Shown here piece after piece: positions 24,982-29,913 of a stretch of DNA of 29,913 nucleotides. Where the stretch lies: the IMG/VR virus record IMGVR_UViG_3300020470_000140, positions 1 to 29,913 of that record, one strand, 5' to 3'. This DNA is from a virus. Taxonomy: Duplodnaviria > Caudoviricetes. Each line of letters opens with the position of its first letter. Position 1 is the first letter of the stretch. The position numbers and the translations under genes were made by a program. The notes under the pieces were generated by a model. That model had not been told where the DNA came from. It saw only the letters and a list, made by a program, of their open reading frames with translations, and searched no databases.

Positions 24982-25417
24982 TTGAGTTAGTTCTTTTCCA
25001 GAAGTCTTCTAATTGACCCCTAAAGTTAGAGACTTTACCAACTAATCCCATGTTCTTATTAATCTCTATCTCTACCTCAGAATTGTTACCACCCTTCTCT
25101 TTTCTGACCCACATTTTATACATGAGTACAGACTCCATAGACATAGGTGCCACTGTAACTACATCACATTCGTGAACCATATAGAATTCTTCATCAGAAA
25201 ACATCATCCATTTCAATAGACCCACTGCCATACCAGGCTGACCATCCTTTTCAACTTGATGGTTATGTGGTGTAGCAGGATCTTGTATATAAAATACAGT
25301 TTGTCCTGGTGAAGCGTCCTCTTCTGTTGCAATCATTGATCCAAGAATGGTTTCCCCTGACTTCAGTTTTATAACACCGAAGAATTCTTGCTCATGTCTA
25401 ATATAATTAATTGTCAT
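24968..25417 (-). CDS. Conserved cyanophage hypothetical protein
   Basis: FFGVIKLKSGETI...KWM.FSDEE; typical position between uvsW and gp55. Confidence 0.8.
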   Translation of the reverse strand: MTINYIRHEQEFFGVIKLKSGETILGSMIATEEDASPGQTVFYIQDPATPHNHQVEKDGQPGMAVGLLKWMMFSDEEFYMVHECDVVTVAPMSMESVLMYKMWVRKEKGGNNSEVEIEINKNMGLVGKVSNFRGQLEDFWKRTNSIDNK

Positions 25418-26871
25418 CTCTTAAGATTAACCTTTGTTATTTCATAATCAAAACTCTCTTGCTCATAAATCTTGATCCTCTCGGATAGATGTCTCAGAGT
25501 GTAGTTGTATTGGTGATCTTTAGAGCAGTCATCAGCAATGTCATATAACACTGCTTGTGCTTTATTCTCACCCTTCCTCAATACCCTTCCGATGGATTGT
25601 AAATTCCTTACCCTAGACTTACTAGGTGAAGCGAAGATAACATTGTGTAGATTACGAATGTTAATACCAGTTGAGAAGGTTCCATAGGATGCCAATATTA
25701 TAGCATCTTTTTCACTTTCGCATATACTACGTGCTTCTTCTCTTTCTACAGCATCAACACCACCATGTATGAAAAAGATCTTACGATCTTTACTTACCTT
25801 ATTATTTATCATTTCCCACAACGGTTCTCCGTGCTTTTCTATGTAATTAAAAAGCACTAGAGTGTTACCCTTTAGGTCTAGTGCCAAATTACATATAAAA
25901 TTGCTACGTCTGGTGTGCATACACAGGTAATCCATCTCCTGTTGATAGTGATCGAAGGGTACCCACCCATGTCTTAGTAGTACAACCCGCACCTTCAATG
26001 GTGTCAGGTGTCCTTGCTTCATCAATTCAACTGTCTTGGTTACCGTATCAACCCTACCAAATAATCCTTCAAGGACTAGTTGGTGTGCTTCCATACCATC
26101 AAGAGTACCAGTTAATCCTACCTTATACTTCGCACCATAGCACTTAGTAAGAATACTCGTGAGTGACTTAGCTTTATAAAGGTGTGCTTCATCCCCGATA
26201 ATGACATCAAAACGTTCAAAAAACTTACGGGGTTCCTTATAAATGCTTTGCCAAGTGCTAATAACGACTGGATGACTGACATATTTCTCTTCTCCTGCAC
26301 TAATTTTATGGATCTTATTAGTATTCCATCCATAGTCTTGGAAGTCTTTATACAACTGCTCAACTAAGGATACCGTAGGTACTATGATTAATATCTCTCT
26401 CTTCTTAAGTAGGTGCCAACGCACCAATGCATATATTATTAATGACTTGCCCGATCCCGTGGGGGATAATAAAAGCTTGCGACGAAATTTAATCGCAGAG
26501 TAAATTCCTTTAAGCTGGTAATCTCTGACTTTGAAGGGGAGCCTAAGAGCACGAACAAAAGCCGCTGTGCCTTCAGGTGTGACATACTCTTCAACCTCAT
26601 TAGGTCTACCAAAGTATTTATCTTCAATCACGTCATAATCATACCCCTTCTCCTCTAGGTAGTCAGTAAGGTAATCATATAGTCCACAATATATCTCACC
26701 CGTACCAGGTGAATATAATCTTATCTTTCCATCCCAGTATCTTCGTTTGACTGCTGGCATATACTTCGCACCAGGCACTTCAAACTGAAAATGCTCACTT
26801 AATTCTTTATGAAGATGGGGTTCTGCCTCCACCTTCAGGAAGACTTCGTTCTTCTTTATGATGGTGGTCAT
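25414..26871 (-). CDS. uvsW: UvsW SF2 helicase
   Basis: WDGKIRL, SPTGSGKS, DEAH, GLTGT, STGINI, LQSIGRVLR. Confidence 0.97.
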   Translation of the reverse strand: MTTIIKKNEVFLKVEAEPHLHKELSEHFQFEVPGAKYMPAVKRRYWDGKIRLYSPGTGEIYCGLYDYLTDYLEEKGYDYDVIEDKYFGRPNEVEEYVTPEGTAAFVRALRLPFKVRDYQLKGIYSAIKFRRKLLLSPTGSGKSLIIYALVRWHLLKKREILIIVPTVSLVEQLYKDFQDYGWNTNKIHKISAGEEKYVSHPVVISTWQSIYKEPRKFFERFDVIIGDEAHLYKAKSLTSILTKCYGAKYKVGLTGTLDGMEAHQLVLEGLFGRVDTVTKTVELMKQGHLTPLKVRVVLLRHGWVPFDHYQQEMDYLCMHTRRSNFICNLALDLKGNTLVLFNYIEKHGEPLWEMINNKVSKDRKIFFIHGGVDAVEREEARSICESEKDAIILASYGTFSTGINIRNLHNVIFASPSKSRVRNLQSIGRVLRKGENKAQAVLYDIADDCSKDHQYNYTLRHLSERIKIYEQESFDYEITKVNLKR

Positions 26872-27311
26872 CGAATCCCATAATACTTTACAATTTCGAT
26901 AGTGTTCTTAATAGCAAATCCTCTATTGTGGATCTCTTTAAGTATCCTATCAATAGAATTTATACAAGTTTCTAGGTAGTCTATTTTCTGCTTAGCTCGA
27001 CACACCTCATCGTCACTGTCAATGAACATGTCAAGATCACCCTTCAATACCTTAAGATCAAAAGGTTTCTCTGCATATACAGAGGAGGGTGCTTTCCCAT
27101 TATAATATAACCACTTGTCTTTATATAATTTCTTATACTTAACCTCAGCATCAGAGAGCATGAGTTTAAATTCATTGTATAACTGCATGTATTTTGCATG
27201 GAGTCTAGGAGTTTCCATACTATCGTTAGCAAGTAACTCAGGTAACTCTCTGTGATCGAAGAATGCTTCAGCATCCTTTGCCCACAACTCCTCAATTTTC
27301 TCAAGATTCAT
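26868..27311 (-). CDS. uvsY: UvsY recombination mediator
   Basis: LHAKY, YY.GKA, PFDLKVLK.D, RGFAIKN.I; upstream of uvsW. Confidence 0.92.
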   Translation of the reverse strand: MNLEKIEELWAKDAEAFFDHRELPELLANDSMETPRLHAKYMQLYNEFKLMLSDAEVKYKKLYKDKWLYYNGKAPSSVYAEKPFDLKVLKGDLDMFIDSDDEVCRAKQKIDYLETCINSIDRILKEIHNRGFAIKNTIEIVKYYGIR

Positions 27312-27934
27312 AGATACTCACCACAATCATTAACTGTTACATCACACCCATACGGTCCACCAAACTCTCCTTGAGGAAATGTATTGAATGCTATGCTAAA
27401 CCTATCTACATCATCATAGTTTGGCTCTGATCCGTGGACAACATAACTAGGAAACACTATCAAACCACCTGGACCTAACTGAGTAAACAGTTTACAATCC
27501 TTATCAGGGTATCCATCCAAATGAAATTGACCCCACTCCCTATCCTTTACAGGATCTATAAAGATAGTGGGTGCTCCTTTAGTAAGATAGAATATACCAC
27601 TAAGATATGACATAGGATGACGATGAAAGTCATGTCTATCTCCTGTCTTAGCATCAGATCTATTAGCCCAAGACTTATTAACCGTTAACCTATCGCAGTG
27701 ATACCCTTCATTCTTATGAATGGAATCAACACACCTCTGAAACCACTTATGAATAGGGAGAAACTCCTTTCTATTCTGTATAGCACCACTAGTACCAACA
27801 CCAGCAGGTTCATTCTGTCTGGTGAATTGTAATTTCTTTACTTCTTCAAGAGTAGTAGAAGTTAGTTCTTCAGAAGCACGAAACTTGAAGAACCTCACTG
27901 GAAATGCAGGGCATTCCTCATAATGTATAGTCAT
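27308..27934 (-). CDS. Putative 2OG-Fe(II) oxygenase (HxH type)
   Basis: SWANRSD...HRHPMSYLSGIFY...FPSYVVH...RFSIAFN. Confidence 0.85.
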   Translation of the reverse strand: MTIHYEECPAFPVRFFKFRASEELTSTTLEEVKKLQFTRQNEPAGVGTSGAIQNRKEFLPIHKWFQRCVDSIHKNEGYHCDRLTVNKSWANRSDAKTGDRHDFHRHPMSYLSGIFYLTKGAPTIFIDPVKDREWGQFHLDGYPDKDCKLFTQLGPGGLIVFPSYVVHGSEPNYDDVDRFSIAFNTFPQGEFGGPYGCDVTVNDCGEYL

Positions 27935-28492
27935 TTAATCTAATTGCTTATTACGTTTCGTTTCTTCCTTAGATCTTATTTGATAAGCAAGGTATCTGAA
28001 TGATACTGTTGCCATAGCATACTCTGTGCCATCTACTGTAGCATTAAATTCTAATGCATTCAACCCTATAGGTATCAGGTCTTCAAATACTACATCAAAA
28101 TTGTGATTGAAATTACTATTGAGTACCATCAATGTAGCATCAGCATATAGATCCTTGTTACCAAACAACTGCTGCATCTTATTTGTAAATTCTTTCCTCT
28201 CAACAGTGCTATCAGGAGTACCTAGTGCACGTATCCAGTTGTGTAGTATTAAATAATTTTCTAAATTCTCATCCACTAGAAACGATAGAGTTAATGGATC
28301 ATACTCTATGAATCCTTCTAATGGTAGTGATCTAAATGGTGTGGACTGCTGCTGAATACTTAAATTCATACTAGGTATGTTAGCAGTCTGACAGAAGTAA
28401 GATACCTTTGGGTATTTCGCTAGAGCAAACTTGAACCCTATCGGAGATAGGAAGTTTCTATTCTCAATCTGTTTGTTCCAACTTGATGTCAT
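27935..28492 (-). CDS. gp3: Tail completion/sheath stabilizer
   Basis: NRNFLSPIGFKF, FCQTANIP, FLVDENLENY..HNW, F.DL.P..L; position between gp23 and uvsY. Confidence 0.88.
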   Translation of the reverse strand: MTSSWNKQIENRNFLSPIGFKFALAKYPKVSYFCQTANIPSMNLSIQQQSTPFRSLPLEGFIEYDPLTLSFLVDENLENYLILHNWIRALGTPDSTVERKEFTNKMQQLFGNKDLYADATLMVLNSNFNHNFDVVFEDLIPIGLNALEFNATVDGTEYAMATVSFRYLAYQIRSKEETKRNKQLD

Positions 28493-28649
28493 GGTACCTA
28501 TACGTTAATCGATCCCAGATTCCTCTGGCATGGTTGTTATGCTCAACTAATTTCTGAGCCCAAATTCTATCTTCCAGACTGACTTCCCTGTTAAGAGTGG
28601 TCTTACAGGCAATAATAGACAGTCTAAGTCTATAGTCTTTGCTTAACAT
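28464..28649 (-). CDS. Small hypothetical protein
   Basis: MLSKDYRLRLS.IACK...VSLEDRIWAQKL; fills the gap between neighbouring genes. Confidence 0.7.
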   Translation of the reverse strand: MLSKDYRLRLSIIACKTTLNREVSLEDRIWAQKLVEHNNHARGIWDRLTYRYHDIKLEQTD

Positions 28650-28656
28650 ATTTATA
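28649..28656 (-). promoter_or_regulatory. T4-type late promoter (likely for gp3)
   Basis: Exact TATAAATA at the junction between two small genes. Confidence 0.6.
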
Positions 28657-28972
28657 TCCTTGGTATATATCCTTTCGCCTGGTTCACTAATGGCATAACA
28701 TCTGATTCAACTTTCTCTATTATATCATCTATTACGTTTACATCTAAATCCATAAAGGGTGGGATTATACCCAGTATTCTTAACAACCCATCAAGAAATA
28801 AAGCAAGACAAATAAACCCAAGTATCATGCTGATGATAGTAGCATCTCTATTATGCTTTCTCATCGATGCTTCATCTATAGCACGTGCTTCTGCTAAGGC
28901 ATCTGCTATCATCTGATCTACTTCTGCCTTGGTATAAAAATCTCCTATGAAGGGAATGTCATGTTTATCCAT
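28652..28972 (-). CDS. Single-TM cyanophage hypothetical protein
   Basis: GAGG SD before MDKHDIPF (28972); KHNRDATIISMILGFICLALFLDGLLRILGIIPPF. Confidence 0.75.
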   Translation of the reverse strand: MDKHDIPFIGDFYTKAEVDQMIADALAEARAIDEASMRKHNRDATIISMILGFICLALFLDGLLRILGIIPPFMDLDVNVIDDIIEKVESDVMPLVNQAKGYIPRI

Positions 28973-28982
28973 TGACCTCGTT

Positions 28983-29147
28983 TTATTGCCAATACTCATC
29001 TAGTCTCTCCAATACATTCATGAGAATGCGTTGGGCAGCACCCCGCTGCCTGTCATCCCATTCGGGATACCACTCTTTATTATGGAGACCTGTTTTCATC
29101 TTCATAATATAAGCGGTCATCGCTACTTTGTCAAGTCTACCATTCAT
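28983..29147 (-). CDS. 54-aa hypothetical protein (not in ORF track)
   Basis: MNGRLDKVAMTAYIMKMKTGLHNKEWYPEWDDRQRGAAQRILMNVLERLDEYWQ; GGAG SD; TTAAATA upstream at 29181-29187. Confidence 0.7.
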   Translation of the reverse strand: MNGRLDKVAMTAYIMKMKTGLHNKEWYPEWDDRQRGAAQRILMNVLERLDEYWQ

Positions 29148-29188
29148 ATTATGACTCCATGCAGTCTCTTATTCTACATGTATTTAAT

Positions 29189-29217
29189 AAAAAAGGCACC
29201 CCGTGAGAGGTGCCCTT
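29189..29217 (-). terminator. Rho-independent terminator after gp23
   Basis: AAGGGCACCTC-TCAC-GGGGTGCCTTTTTT on the minus strand. Confidence 0.85.
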
Positions 29218-29238
29218 GTGTTGATATCGATACGATAT

Positions 29239-29913
29239 TTACATTAGGTTTGTTACCTTAACACGTCTGTAATAACGGTTAGCGTTAGCGGTAAGAGCAC
29301 CTTGACCTTGTGTAAGACCCTCAGCGAATGGGTTTGCAACCATTCCGTAACGAGTCTTAAAGCCAATTTTTGGTTGGAATGTATCCTGACCAACGGCTCT
29401 GACCATCTGTAGAGGCACGTAAGGACAATAGAATAGTCCTGCGTCATATGCAGATGATCCCTTGTATCCAGAAACATAGAAGTGATTGTCACTTACGTTT
29501 GCAGAATATGGGTCAACGTATACCTTGATACGTCCGTTAAGGGTACCAACTAGAGTAGAAGAGTTGTCATCTACGTTACCTAGTGGGTTAACAGCACTAG
29601 CAAGTCCAGAAGAGTAGTCAAGGACACCAGCCATTGAGAGAGCAGAAGCCACATCAGCAGAGCAGATGAGGATGTTGCCCTTTCCACGACGAGTCTCATG
29701 CCCGATGGCATTCATGTCTCTTTCGATCTGGAAAAGAAGTCCCTTAAATTTTTCAACCGACCATCTACCATTGGAGTCAACGTCTAGGTCGAATACTCCA
29801 GCAGTTGCGGTGTTGTTTTGTGCACCTGGGCGAGCGATCTTGTAAACAGTTCTTACAACTTCACGGTTGATCTCAGCGAGAACTTCCGTTGAAAGAATGT
29901 TTGCCAACTCAGA
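29239..29913 (-). CDS. gp23: Major capsid protein, C-terminal part (5' end outside window)
   Basis: EINREVVR, TRRGKGN, DAGLFYCPYVPL, FQPKIGFKTRYG..ANPF. Confidence 0.98.
   Translation of the reverse strand, partial: SELANILSTEVLAEINREVVRTVYKIARPGAQNNTATAGVFDLDVDSNGRWSVEKFKGLLFQIERDMNAIGHETRRGKGNILICSADVASALSMAGVLDYSSGLASAVNPLGNVDDNSSTLVGTLNGRIKVYVDPYSANVSDNHFYVSGYKGSSAYDAGLFYCPYVPLQMVRAVGQDTFQPKIGFKTRYGMVANPFAEGLTQGQGALTANANRYYRRVKVTNLM

Noticed and set aside
29106-29134. TTGACA-17-TATATT sigma70-like promoter
   Set aside because: It lies inside the 54-aa ORF (LDK codons) with an imperfect -10; may be coincidental and cannot be supported
1-29913. CRISPR arrays, introns, inteins, homing endonucleases, transposases
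   Set aside because: None seen by eye; core genes have normal lengths and no periodic repeats were noticed

Overview
Core segment of a T4-like marine cyanomyovirus (Prochlorococcus/Synechococcus-type phage), almost entirely on the minus strand. Read from the window end to its start, the order is: gp23 major capsid (partial), gp3, uvsY, uvsW, gp55, pebS, pcyA, gp47, gp46, vWA/peptidase and CobS-like AAA ATPase, gp45, gp44, dam, gp62, regA, a ~5.4 kb accessory island, hsp20, gp43 DNA polymerase, and the start of uvsX. Six 2OG-Fe(II)/cupin oxygenase-like genes are interspersed. The most striking element is in the island between regA and hsp20. A catalytic-domain-only class IIb (Asn/Asp-type) aminoacyl-tRNA synthetase paralog is followed 9 nt later by an atypical tRNA gene, which has an Asn anticodon (GUU), a Leu/Ser-type long variable arm and U at position 37. 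The island also holds a divergently transcribed cluster of signal-peptide proteins. The hsp20 leader contains a ROSE-like RNA thermometer hairpin. All product calls come from motif recognition and T4-like synteny; no database searches were run.
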